A DNA stretch of 64,000 nt from Fimbriosthenelais zetlandica (taxonomy: Eukaryota). Made by a program: the position numbers and the translations under genes. Location of the stretch: positions 39,804,001 through 39,868,000 of the forward strand of contig OZ365110.1 of NCBI GenBank assembly GCA_977030845.1, given 5' to 3'. The notes below the pieces were generated by a model that saw nothing but the letters and a program-made list of their open reading frames with translations, did no database searches and was not told the DNA's origin. Shown one piece after another: positions 1 through 11,729 of this stretch (within the stretch, counting starts at the first letter, position 1; every line of letters begins with the position of its first letter).

Positions 1-521
1 GAATAAACTAGGCCAGGAAGTGGTTGTACTTTGACAAGTAACAAGCAAGGTTCTGTGGTAACAGTATGTGGTCTAAGATCAGAGGCCATTTTCCAATTCA
101 AGACACTTTACAGAGCAATTCAGAGAAAATTGCTTCCAGGCGTAGGCTTTTAACATTTTTGTTCAATGTAAGAGAGAGTATCCCCAAGACTTGCCCCCTC
201 ATTATTAACTTCTGTGCATAAAACCATGACGGACTTGAAGGTTCAAATAATAATTACTTTTCCTTAAAGAGAAAGTATGAAATACGGTACCAATCGAGAT
301 TTCCATGGTATGCTTTCATATACTGTATTTGAATATGAATCAACATGTACTAATATCGGAAAAAAGTCAACTAAATCATTTAATATTCATGGTCCACACT
401 TCCGAATAGAACAATATTAATATTTCTTATGTAGCAGGTGATTCCCCTACAGGCTGTTTTGAAAGCTTTATGCCATGCACTAAGCATGGGGCAACCATGT
501 ATAAGGTTCAATGTTAAACGT

Positions 522-919
522 CAGTGGCGGATCCAGTTGGGGCGTCGGGGGTTGGTGTTGGGTGTTCCCCCAATTCCCATTTGACCCCCAATGCCATTTT
601 TGGCCCCCTTGTGCCCTTTTATGCCCCCAAATATGCCCATTTAGACTCCAAGTGCCCTTTTGGGACCTATATATGCATTCTACCAAACATTTCAAAAACG
701 AAATTAAGAGAGGTAAGGGGCCATTCATATAGTATACGTCACGCCCAAGGGGGTGGGTGGGTGTCCTGCCATGAGCGTTACTAAAGGTTAATTGCGGACC
801 CTTAAAAGGTCTGCAATTAACCTCCTCTGTCTGTATTTGTGGGTCTACAAATTCAGGGCCACTTTTTCCCATACAACCAGTCGGACCTCCTTCACTTGAA
901 AATTCTGGATCGGCCCCTG
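522..919. mobile_element. Non-autonomous TIR element (MITE), hAT5-like, 5-bp TSD
   Basis: Termini CAGTGGCGGATCCAG (522-536) and CTGGATCGGCCCCTG (905-919) are inverted repeats. Flanks AACGT/AACAT match at 4/5 with one CpG-type transition. Confidence 0.75.
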
Positions 920-1315
920 AACATTAGAGCTTGAGTTGGTGGGGAGGTATTTAGACATGACATGACGAGATGGATTCTTTCTGACATGTGTCACACTGGG
1001 GAGCCATAAGCCTCACTGACTCTCGATTGCATATTAACTGCCCGATTAATTCTCACTTTCATCTTTACTCACTTGGGGGCGTGGGGATCACCACTCCAAG
1101 CTTGAGATGATATGGACAAGTAGCCCAGTGGGATGGTCACAAGTACAATTCATTTTGAAGCTAAATTAACCAGGATTCCATGCCTAGAGCGATGCGTACC
1201 ATCTTTTATTTTTGTGTTTAGATGTTGATCTCATGGGACAACGCAAATAAATACCCTTGCTCACGCCTGTGCATCAATGCACTGGAGATATATGGTTTCT
1301 AAGATTAAGAGAATT

Positions 1316-1673
1316 CAGGGGCGTAAGAAAAAAGAGACCATGCAGGGGCATGCCCCCGACCCCACTTTTGGCTCAAATATGGCCGGTGGAAAAGGATTGT
1401 TGAATAATTGAGAGAGTTATATATAAATGGCATATGCTTGTATTAAAATTGACAATTGACCTGTGCCAATAAGCCCATCATTTCCCTCTCACAGTTCTAT
1501 TAATATCCACGAGGTTTTAAATTGCCAGAGCTGCAGGTGTCTCCAATATCCAATTAAAGTAAGGATTCCTTCGGGCTAAAATCTAGCAGAAAGATCTTTT
1601 GTTTTTAGCACACTTGATTTTGACCTAGTTCTAACGGCAGGAAAACCTCCAGGGGTCTCGGCCTTATGCCATG
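1316..1673. mobile_element. Degenerate MITE with CAGGGGCGTAAG-type termini
   Basis: Left CAGGGGCGTAAG...GAGACC versus right GGTCTC...CTTATGCCATG (imperfect inverted); no TSD seen. Confidence 0.4.
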
Positions 1674-2509
1674 AAACAAAATATGAAAAAACATGAAGAT
1701 TGTTTCACCATAAAAGCTTTTCAATATCAGTCACGGTGACAGGTGCCAAGAGGAAAGTGACTTTCGTCGCATGACCTGTCCTTCAAGCAACATGTATCAA
1801 TCTTATAGACTCCAATATCTGATTTAAAAAAGGCTAAATATTCTCACTTCATTTTGAGTGAACGACATGCTATTACCAATAGTAACTGTTGGCAATACGT
1901 TGCAAAAATAGTTTATTTCAGGCTATCGTTGACATAATAATAAACATTTGTATTTATCATGTCTTCACTTCTTGACTTCTGGGTAACATTTTGGTAAATT
2001 TTTTAAATATTTGTGATTGATTCATCAGATTACACATGTATTAAGTGTTCTTGGATATAGACTTTTCACTTTATATTCTTGAAGTTTACTTTCAAATACT
2101 TTAAGTGAATATCCAAACATGAAAAATCTATTTATGACTATTGTAAGGTCAAAATTCGGTCATGTTACCTTATCTTATAGATGTGGGGGTTATTCATGAC
2201 TTGGTCATATATGTCAAGTAAAGCATGCAGGGTTCATGACCATTGCGCCTGTTAGATCGTTGGCACTCGGCCATGGTTTTCTATGTCAGAGTTGCTATAC
2301 TGGCAGACAACACGCTATTTGTCAGCCGTTTGCCTGGCTAACCTCAAGAGCTCCTTGTAACACATAACCTCTAATAAACCTCTAATAAAAACATCATAAA
2401 CAAGGCGAGAATGTTTCCTGGAGTAACTTAACATTCACCTGACAGGGGCTGGGTATAATCCCGGGTCATCATCCACTATCGATTATTTAAAATAGCTGAA
2501 AAGTAGGTC

Positions 2510-2759
2510 CACACCAGTGCGACCGACCAAATGACTCACCGACGGACAGATGTAAACTTTGTTAAAAACGGGCCGAGCACTGGATTTTTTTGTCAATAGT
2601 AAAATTAGGCTTAAGTTTATCAGCAAGCTTTTCACTTTTTCAATATTATTTTCAAATCTGTCGGTTGGTTTAATCTGTTCCAAAACCGGCAGATGAACTG
2701 ATGAAAATCTGAAAATCTGCATAATCTGACGGTCGGTTGGGGTCTGTCTGCTTGGCGTG
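2510..2759. mobile_element. MITE-like element with long imperfect inverted termini (CAC...GTG) containing CGACCGAC/GTCGGT motifs
   Basis: CACACCAGTGCGACCGACC...GACGGACAGA versus TCTGACGGTCGGTTGGGGTCTGTCTGCTTGGCGTG; AT-rich interior; no TSD seen. Confidence 0.45.
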
Positions 2760-3699
2760 CAATGACACACATTCTGCTGACATAAATGTCGTGATGAAGG
2801 TAGTTGATGAGTAGTTCAATATTTCATGATATAGATTCATCATGGATCTTTATATAGCAACTCAGCATGTAGGTTGTAGCAATTATAGGAGCATATAATA
2901 TAAATGCTATTCTTGCTATATTCAACCAAATCCTGCGTATAAGCTTTACTATAGAATGACTCACAGCTTATAATGGGTGGGGCTGAATAGACGCTCAGTC
3001 AAAAAATATATTGGTGAAATTGAAAAGATACTTTTGCTATTTTACCAGTACAGATAGTTTATATTCACGTGTCTAGCTTCTATTTTAGACTATTGTGCAT
3101 GCGGGTACTTTTCTAATAGCATCCCCCAATAGCTCGTCATATTCAGCGTGAAATGGCTGAATTTAATCCTTTGTTGGATTTTATGCTCATCCTGGATGAA
3201 ATTGATAATCAATAGAGTTTGAAATGTGTCTGGAAAGAATCTTCTATTATTCATACTGGGAATAAATAGACTTCAAATTGGTCTAAGTTCATTGTCAATC
3301 TGTCACTGTAATGAACTACCTTTCTTCCATGCACTATGGAACTCACTAAATAATACTCTGCCTTTTATGTTGATGCAGTGTTAAAGTACAAAAACACGCT
3401 CGTAAATTTAATTTTTATAAACTTGGCAGGCGTTGACATGGGAATGTGCAGTAGTCCCTTACGAGACCAATTCATGTCACTACGAATTCTGGTGTAACCA
3501 AGTGTATAGTTCTTATTTTGGTTTGAACTACCGGAATGTATAGTAGCAACATATCCGTTGATATCCCAGAATAATAATAGAATTAATATTTATACTTTTG
3601 GAAATAACTGGGACTGTATTGTAGCCTGCAGATTACATTTGACCCAATCAGAAAACATTGGGATTCATTGAGATAAAATGACCCGAAAGTATTAAAAGC

Positions 3700-4310
3700 T
3701 TCGGGTGAAGAAAAGGCCCCTCTGCACTCAAGCAGGGTGGAAAGTATCTCCCGATTTCCCTTATTGACTCCAGCAAAGAAAATAATCAGTCTGATTATTT
3801 TTTTGGAATCCACTCCTATCTTATTGAAGTCAGCCATCGGAGCAAAGCAATGAAAACATTTTGATTAATCAGAAAATGGTGAGAAGAATGGCTCTGATGT
3901 GCCTGACAGATTCCAGGCTTGTGACGAGGGCAAACACAATAATTGCATGGGGCCTTTTATAATCCTCCCCTCTGATTAGGTCTCACCCACCTAAGTTTCC
4001 CTTTGTTTGATCCTTCTGCCTTAATTAGGTCAGCGTAACAAATCATAACCAAGACGGGAAAATGATGGCCAAACTCCTAATGAATCCCGGATCGATAAAG
4101 GCCCAGCTCCGGGCTCGGCGCCTCGTCAAAGCAATTGGACTCTGCTTTTTTCGTGGCAAAGGAAATATTCGAGACCAATTGACGTTCATTTGATTCCTTA
4201 TAGGGTGAAATAGACCCTGCCATGTTTGAAAGGGAAATCGAGGGAGAGGACTGGAGATGGTTTTATTGTCAGTCTAATTGTTATTGATTCGTTTAACAGG
4301 ATTAGGAGAT
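3700..4310. promoter_or_regulatory. Candidate developmental enhancer rich in homeodomain and HMG-box motifs
   Basis: AAAATAATCAG-T-CTGATTATTTT palindrome (3779-3801), TGATTAATCA (3862-3871), TAATCC, CTGATTAG, CTTTGTT, TTAATTAG, CAATTG, GGATTA; non-repetitive and no credible ORF. Confidence 0.35.
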
Positions 4311-5575
4311 CTTCAAATATAAAGAAAGAAGAGAGTTCTAAAGAATGCAGGCTGCCTCTAAAGAAGGCCTGCAGCAGACTCCCCCTCTATTCTGCAGTGT
4401 GAAGAACAGGATATTTGTCCTGCAGAAAAGATCCTAAATAGAAAATCCCAGAAAAATAACCCATCATATATGCAAAAAAATCCGGATAATTGTGTATGAT
4501 AATCTGAAATTATTTTGTACAGATCGTATTATGTAGGCCAGGCCCGGATATTGAAATAAAATAAGTTGTCAGGTTTGACTGCAGTGAAAATGATTTAATA
4601 CAAATGCATGAATGCATCCATGCATGTGGGCTGCATCAGACCTCGGTGTTTATTAACAATGAAAAAAGCACCGAGAGACAAATTGATTGATTCACTGCAA
4701 TATATTACCCTAAATAGACTACACCTGCATGGAAGGAATATTCAATTGTCTCTCTAAAAGTGGTACATTTATATTTTAGCTCCTATAAAAGCTATAAAAT
4801 ATAAGGCAAATAGTAAAAGCAATATAGACCAAATATAATATACGTGATCACTACATAATTTCTAAAATACTGGGTTTTGATATATATATATAAAGAGGGC
4901 AACCAATTCATGTATAGAACTAGGAGGCAGTAGTTGCATAGGTGGAATGTTGACACCAATTTGAATGGGAACTGGATCGGGTGGCAGAACCCTAGTATTC
5001 AACATGACACTGGCATCTTTGGTATTTGCCATGAAACTCTATAGGGGTGAGGTATATACATTAGGTGCTGGCCAATAAGGCCAAGTAGGGTTTAGGTAGC
5101 CAGTACCACCAGCCCTTCCCTCTATATTGAGATGGTCTACTCCGTCTCGGGTTTAGGGGACAGAACTCCCTTGGTAGTACTTTTTTATGGCATCCAGCAT
5201 CCAGAGTGGCGCCTATAGATGACGCCTAAATGGCGCTATTTCCTGGAGCGCCAACCTCTGCCCATACTGCTACATACATATAAATCCAATGTAATACTGG
5301 GGATATTGATCCCTATACGACATAGGTCTGAAGATACCCGACGAGGTGGACTCCCCAAAGGTACAGTTTCTTCTGGTTTAGATGCACAGGCTCGGATCTA
5401 TGTCAAGATGTATTAGTAAGCATTGGTCATTAAACCATTTGGGGGCTTTCTTTTTGGGTGAATAGCATCCTGGTATTTGCTGAAAGACTTTAAGGTAAAC
5501 GTCTTCCCGGCAAGATCCAGGGTCTTATTTACGGACTTACTTTCAAAGAAAAACACTGCTGATCTATAAATATCA

Positions 5576-6006
5576 GAGCCTTTGACTGACTATATTGATA
5601 AGGACCTTTGACTGACTAAGCGCCCTTAGCTTACCGGAGCCTTTGACTTACCATAAGGCTTTGGATTATATGAGTCCTTTGTATAATTAAGAGTCTGTGC
5701 TGGACCTAGGGATTGTTGACTTCCTATCTGACTGACTGACTGGCCTTTGGTAAGAAACCTTTGGTGAGCCGCCATTGACTGATCACTTTTTGACTAATTA
5801 TGAGCCTTGGAACAATCAAGGGCGTTTGACTGATTACCAACCTTTGACTAATTAGAGGCCTTTGACTTAGTAGTACTAGTACGAGGAGCCCTTTACTGAT
5901 CGAGACCTTTGATTATATACGAGTGATTGACTGATTGGGGACCTTTGATTAGGAGTGTTTGAGTGATAAGGGACCTTTGACTGATTAGGGACATCTGAAT
6001 GATTAT
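5576..6006. repeat. Degenerate minisatellite, about 18-bp unit GGGACCTTTGACTGATTA, roughly 20 copies
   Basis: CCTTTGA(C/T) and variants recur at irregular 15-35 bp spacing across about 430 bp. Confidence 0.85.
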
Positions 6007-7779
6007 TGTGCGTTAATGACACAGAGAACAATGACCGGATTAACCAAGTACCTTCATCAGTGTCGATAAATTCAATTAGATCCACCTGTATAAGGTATGG
6101 ACGCACAACAAAATGTGTCCAGGGTTAAACTGGCTGGAACCTTCAGTGTACGAGATATAAGAGTTGATCCTCTGTCCTCATTAGGCCAACACTGGCTCTA
6201 ATCCACCATCCAGACTTGTAATCCCTCAGTGTTCACCCAGAGCAACTCGCTTATAGGTCAGTACCTACTCATCCAACCCATTGAGGACAATCTAATGTTA
6301 TACAGGCGTATATCATGGATCGTAAAGATGGATCAAGGAGGCATGGATATCTCAGGGGATTTCTACAATCAAGTGGCAGGTTTCAATAATTCTTACATGT
6401 TGTTTTTTTACTCATGCCTGACAATGAATCGGGATATAGTTTGTCTCCTTTTTTGGAGGGTGGGGGGCTTCCGTGTAAGCGAGTTCAAGAGCAGTACATC
6501 CAATCTTTCGACAAAAAGGCCGAGAAATTAAATGAGAAAAAACTCACACTCTCTTAGTAGCCTTATCAGAGAAGCATACATGATGAGATGAAATACTCGG
6601 CCTGGCATAGCCTTCCCATCTCAGGAGGTTGTCTGAGGCCAGAAGACAAGCCCTTGAGGGCTTTGATCGACCGCTGGGAATCATCATCTATATGAGAGGA
6701 GGATATTCTTTATCGCTGCTCAGGACCGGGGTATTCCTGAGCTATAGTCACTCATTTAACACACAGCAGGCGTCCAGGGTCTGGAGAAGCTGGAGGTGGA
6801 AGGAGTGAGGGGTGGGAGGGTGGGGGAGGAAGGGGGTAATCAATAGATCTGAGCACTATAAAGTGTTCCTTTGTTGATCTTTTTTTGCTATCTTCAAGAT
6901 CCAACATTCCGTTAACTGAAATACTTTTGGGGAGAAAGGACAAAAGCGTCTTCTCAACCTTTTAAGTGTTAATCATATTGCCCATTTTTATACATATTTA
7001 TGTCTAAGCAAAACGGAAGTCGAGCTCAAATAAAATCAAGTTTATGCTGAGCAAATTTTGATTTGCAATAACAGAAAGTTCAGGGACGAATATAAAGTAT
7101 AATGTCTTACAAGTGGCAACACTATACATGTGTATTAACATTGCTGGCAATGTACACATTGTTTTATTAGGAAAAGTCTCAAGGGCCTTATCATAGTGTG
7201 AGGGACTGTAGGACGGGAGGAAGGCTTCTGGCTAGTGACTTGGAGGTGGTATTGATGATGAAGAGCATTGTCTATGGCAGGTATAGGTCTGTGAAGACTT
7301 GGTGAGCAACTCATCCACATCATCGCCCACTCTATCCTTCACTTCGCACGGCATCTTCCCCACAAACAAGCTTGTCGCCTGTCCTACCGCAGACAGTGAC
7401 TTCTATTATAGTCTTTACGGATACAAGGCATTCTTAGCTTGGAGGAATGTCTATCATTGAGTTCATCTAGAATCCATTCTAGAATCCAATGGACTATCCT
7501 TGAACCCTTGGCATCACTTTTGGGGGTCAACTCAGAGACTCGGATCTTTGGTCTGCTGCCGACCCCTTTCGTGGTGAAGAAGTCACCCTGGATGCAGTTC
7601 TGAGGGAAATTTGTCAGTCTCAGTTTTCTGGGTCGAGTATTCAAATGTGATATTGTTGTAAGCACTAATCAAATTATTGGACCCGGCATCACAATTTTGG
7701 AGTTTAACAAACAACAGATTGGACCTACATGTAGTGTCCTTGTTTGTTGAGCTCTGGGACTTTAGAGATATACTCCACA

Positions 7780-7793
7780 ATGGCCCTTCGCAG
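7780..7793 (+). CDS. Weak candidate upstream first coding exon MALR(R/S), phase-2 donor
   Basis: ACAATGG context, ATG GCC CTT CGC AG|GTAAGA, in-frame stop upstream at 7732. Would join the 22223 exon in frame. Short enough to be chance. Confidence 0.3.
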
Positions 7794-10700
7794 GTAAGAG
7801 CAAGATATTGGCTAAATTATATAGGCAGGTATGGAGATTTACTATACCCGAAGTAGTATCAGATAACCATTAAAGGTCAATGCAATCTATAATGTGACAT
7901 TTTTCCACATTAACTACACTCGTATTAAGACTACATTATGAAAACCTGAACTCATTTTAAAATGAAAGTGTCATTTATGCGTCCTATTATACCTTTATGG
8001 TGAGCCTATGTAATGAATAGGCTAAAAGATCAGAGGCCGTAAAACCCAATCATTGACTCCTGCTATGTGTATATGTACATGTATAAAGTGATGTACATAC
8101 ATGTAGTATAGGGAGATGGGGGTTTGTGGCTGGCACATGACATGAATGTCAAGGACTGCACTTCATATAATGTCCCAAATGTTGACATGTAAAAGGCAGA
8201 TGTACCACTACTATACCGAGGTGTGCAGTTTAAAGTAATTAATTTGGTACAACAATGAAAATGCATTACAATGAATTTGTTTCAGATACGGCAGATAAAC
8301 ATATATGTACATTATATTGCCTTCAGAACTCGTATATCTTCAATTTGGAATATAGATCTATATACACATGCAATTAGGCACAGCAATATGGAAAATGGAT
8401 ACGAATGTTGAAGCAAATTGCACTATGTATTAAGGTAGATTATTGTATTGGTCATAGCTTGGATTTCATAAGGATATTTTTATTAAGCGTTACCCCTATT
8501 CCGTTATGAAATCATCTTTGAATATCACTATGCCAAGTACCAAATATCACCTATCAAGCCGAATATCAGCATCACATATGTAGCCCTAATGGTGGTTTGG
8601 ATTTATAAAAAAAAAAACATCTGTGCTTCCATCCGTGTAGAAAGGTTCATAGCCAGAAGGCTTCCAACCACATCCACGCCTGTATAGACCTAGATGAATC
8701 GATACATTCATATTGCTGATTGTATGCAATAGCAGCCTGCTATAAGTTTTGTTTTGAGCATGGCAGTGATGGCAGAGTGAATGCAACACACGTGCTACCT
8801 GCCATCTCAGTACACAGACGTTCGGGAGACGACAGCACATCTTGAAAACAACATAAAATACTATCCTCTCTGGGAAAATATGTCCCGGGCCGGAAACATT
8901 TATGGTTGTAAGCAAAAATAGAAACTTGAGATGTGATTAAGTTCATTAAGTGATATCCTACCCCGAATACGTCCATAATAATCTCATAGATGGAAATAGT
9001 AAACTGGGACTCAAGGCATTGTAAGTCTCAGGATACAGCTAGTATTAGCCTGATTTATGCATAGCTCTTAAGGTTGAGGATTCCTTATGTATTCAACGTG
9101 TTCACTGTTGATTTGAAAACAGGTACTGTGCTGACAAAAGGCAATGCTGAGATACATATGTAAAAACCAACTTGAAGACAGGCTATTGCCAATATGTTAT
9201 TGCAATTCAGAACTGAACTGGTATTCAGAAATAAAGTAATGAATTATGATGGATCCTAAGATGACCACTATTGGGATCGACCAAAATGGTTTCTATGAGA
9301 TGATGGTTCGTTCAGTGGTTATTTCAAACACACAAGGAAGATAATACAATCATTAGGTCGTTTTGGGGAGTGGTCGGATTGCAAGCGCCATGCACATACC
9401 ATGTCAGATAATGCCACATTGAATATGACAGACATGGAAGGATGAATGACAGTCAGTATAAGTAGATAATATCAGTGATTTGTCTATATATAAAACAAGC
9501 CTCCTAACACCGTTTTGTTCCTGACAAGAAACTACATGCAAGGTTGGCAATCAATACCCATTGGTGTCATGGAGACTAACCATGTGGCAAGATCTGGTCT
9601 TGACTGATTGCATGGGGTAGAGATAAATCACAAAACACCGGCCCATCTCATTGCCCTCTCCACCACTTCCTGCCGCCCTACTTCCATCTCACTATTCCCT
9701 GGGCATTGCATTCCCCCCACCCATATCCTCCAACTTCCCCACCCGAATTCACCACCACTTCCCCACCCGACTGAACCACCCCAACCCCTTCCTGTCGACC
9801 CTTCCTTCAACAACCCATCCCAATCAGTTCATGATTTGTCAAGAAAGTGTGGATCAGCAGCCCAGTGAGAAAAGGGAGTGGGGTAGGTTCAGACCTGTTG
9901 CTTAAAAATACTTGTACGACAAAAATGCATTACTGAATGGAGGTGGGGGGGGGGGGGTTCCTGACCCCCTGGAACTCCCTCGGGATCAACCCTTGGAAAG
10001 CAGCACCTGTGGCAAACGCATGGAACCCAAACAAGTGTGGCATTTTACTCGAGTATCTCCCACTGCTTCTACAGTTTATTGTATGCACCATGATTGGGTG
10101 GATGATGATACCCTCATGTCTGTAGTATAGAGGTCTAAGCGTTCAACCTACCAATATCCATTTCCCCATCCGCTTATCTTTACATGCAATGCATCATCGC
10201 CCCTGTGCCCACCTTAACACTTACCATCCCTATATCCATCACAATCTATCACATTTCACTCTTTTCATTTCCATACTTCCACATTCATTTGAATGCACCA
10301 ATGTGTACACAGAATACCTTACATCAAATACCAAATCTAAAATTATTTCAGAAATTCAATATTTTAATGATGAAATCCAACTGAATGTTTCACTCACATT
10401 TCCCTCTGGGATTGCTAACTGTGTAGCCCTAATTTCTGTCAAGCCCAACCCTAAGGTTGGTTTCATGCCTGAGATCGGGTCATCCAAGCATAGACAATAG
10501 CGGGCTACTGTTTTCTTCACGCTGAACTGAGCACTATTGTTTCGGTCAGCACACGAGTTCCTAATGCATTTTGTCACGGATGAATAGCTGCTTTAGATTA
10601 ATAGGTGTGTCCCATTCTATTTTAAATAGAAAATCTGTTTACAACAGTGCTGGCTTCATTTTTCAATAGTGAGCTAGGCTGGGTGATGTTATAATACATG

Positions 10701-11584
10701 TATACTGTCAGTGAATTTATGTACAGTAAATAATATTATTTTACTTGTGGATCCATGATTGTGTTAATAAGGGTGAGGGTGTCAAACCTGGTGGTCTGAA
10801 CTATGTAATATCTGAAGTGGGGCGAATTTCCTGATCTGACCCCCCCCCCCCCCCCCCAAAAAAAAAAAAACAATACAAAGGGTTCTCATTTTGTGACTTT
10901 ATGAGCTGAAAAAAATTGCCAGCAGTAGCACCTTTCAGTGAAATTTAAGCGAGCTTCCATGACAGCTTATTGGGACCGGAAGCTGGGCATATTCAGCAGT
11001 AATGGTGTGGTCTGGCCAGGCGACCTGGGGAGGACGGGTGGCGCCCTCGTCTCTTGGCCTGGTAAACAGGACAAGGCTGGGGCTGGTTATGATGAAAGGG
11101 GGCGGGGTGCAGGGGGGGGGGGGAGGGACGTGAGGAGATTATCTATCACATGTTACAAGCAGGTCAGGTGTCTGCAGACCTCAGGTCAGAGAAGGCAGAC
11201 TGGTGTCCTGTAGGATGGGTGGTTGGTTGGTGTTACGAGATTGACTGGTGAAAGTCCTTGTCCCAAATATAGGCTACACCAATTTCATTTGGACCTTTCA
11301 TGGAACATAAAACAGAGGCTCTGGCCCGAAGGCATCCAAAATTGTTTGGATGTAATGAAAAGGTCCACATCACACTTCCCCTACCCCACCTCTTCTAAAT
11401 CCTACGTCATCTTCTGTAATGGTCATGTCCCCCTGTGAGATGACAACCACACTGCATAATACACCATGTTCTGCTCTGCCCTGCTCTTCTAAATAAGGTA
11501 AATCTGAGGGAAAGTTATGACCCTGACTGCTGAAAGGTGGCAATCCTAAAATGCCGCCGGAACTACATGTCTGACTTGTTACTG

Positions 11585-11729
11585 CAGTGGCGGTTCCAGG
11601 CTTTGGGAGCGTTGTGTGTGTGGCCCGGGGGGGGGGGGGGTTGTCAAGGTGAAACGGCTCAAAAATCATCTGTAAAAGGGGGGACGGACCCGTGGCCCTC
11701 CAGGACCTCCCCCTAGATCTATCCGCCCG
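11585..11729. mobile_element. MITE of the CAGTGGCGG(A/T)TCCAG family
   Basis: Left CAGTGGCGGTTCCAGG, right CTAGATCTATCCGCCC, internal G-runs as in the other copies; TSD not resolved. Confidence 0.55.

Noticed and set aside
1073-1160. Possible minus-strand exon ending in a GTGAGT donor
   Set aside because: Weak acceptor and stops in all frames.
7330-7670. Protein-like stretch TLGITFGGQLRDSDLWSAADPFRGEEVTLDAVLREICQSQ
   Set aside because: Bounded by stops, with no splice signals in frame and no recognisable homology.
10840-10870. Long C and A homopolymers (also G/C runs near 9945, 11630, 14480, 46975, 56760)
   Set aside because: Ordinary low-complexity tracts, several inside MITEs.
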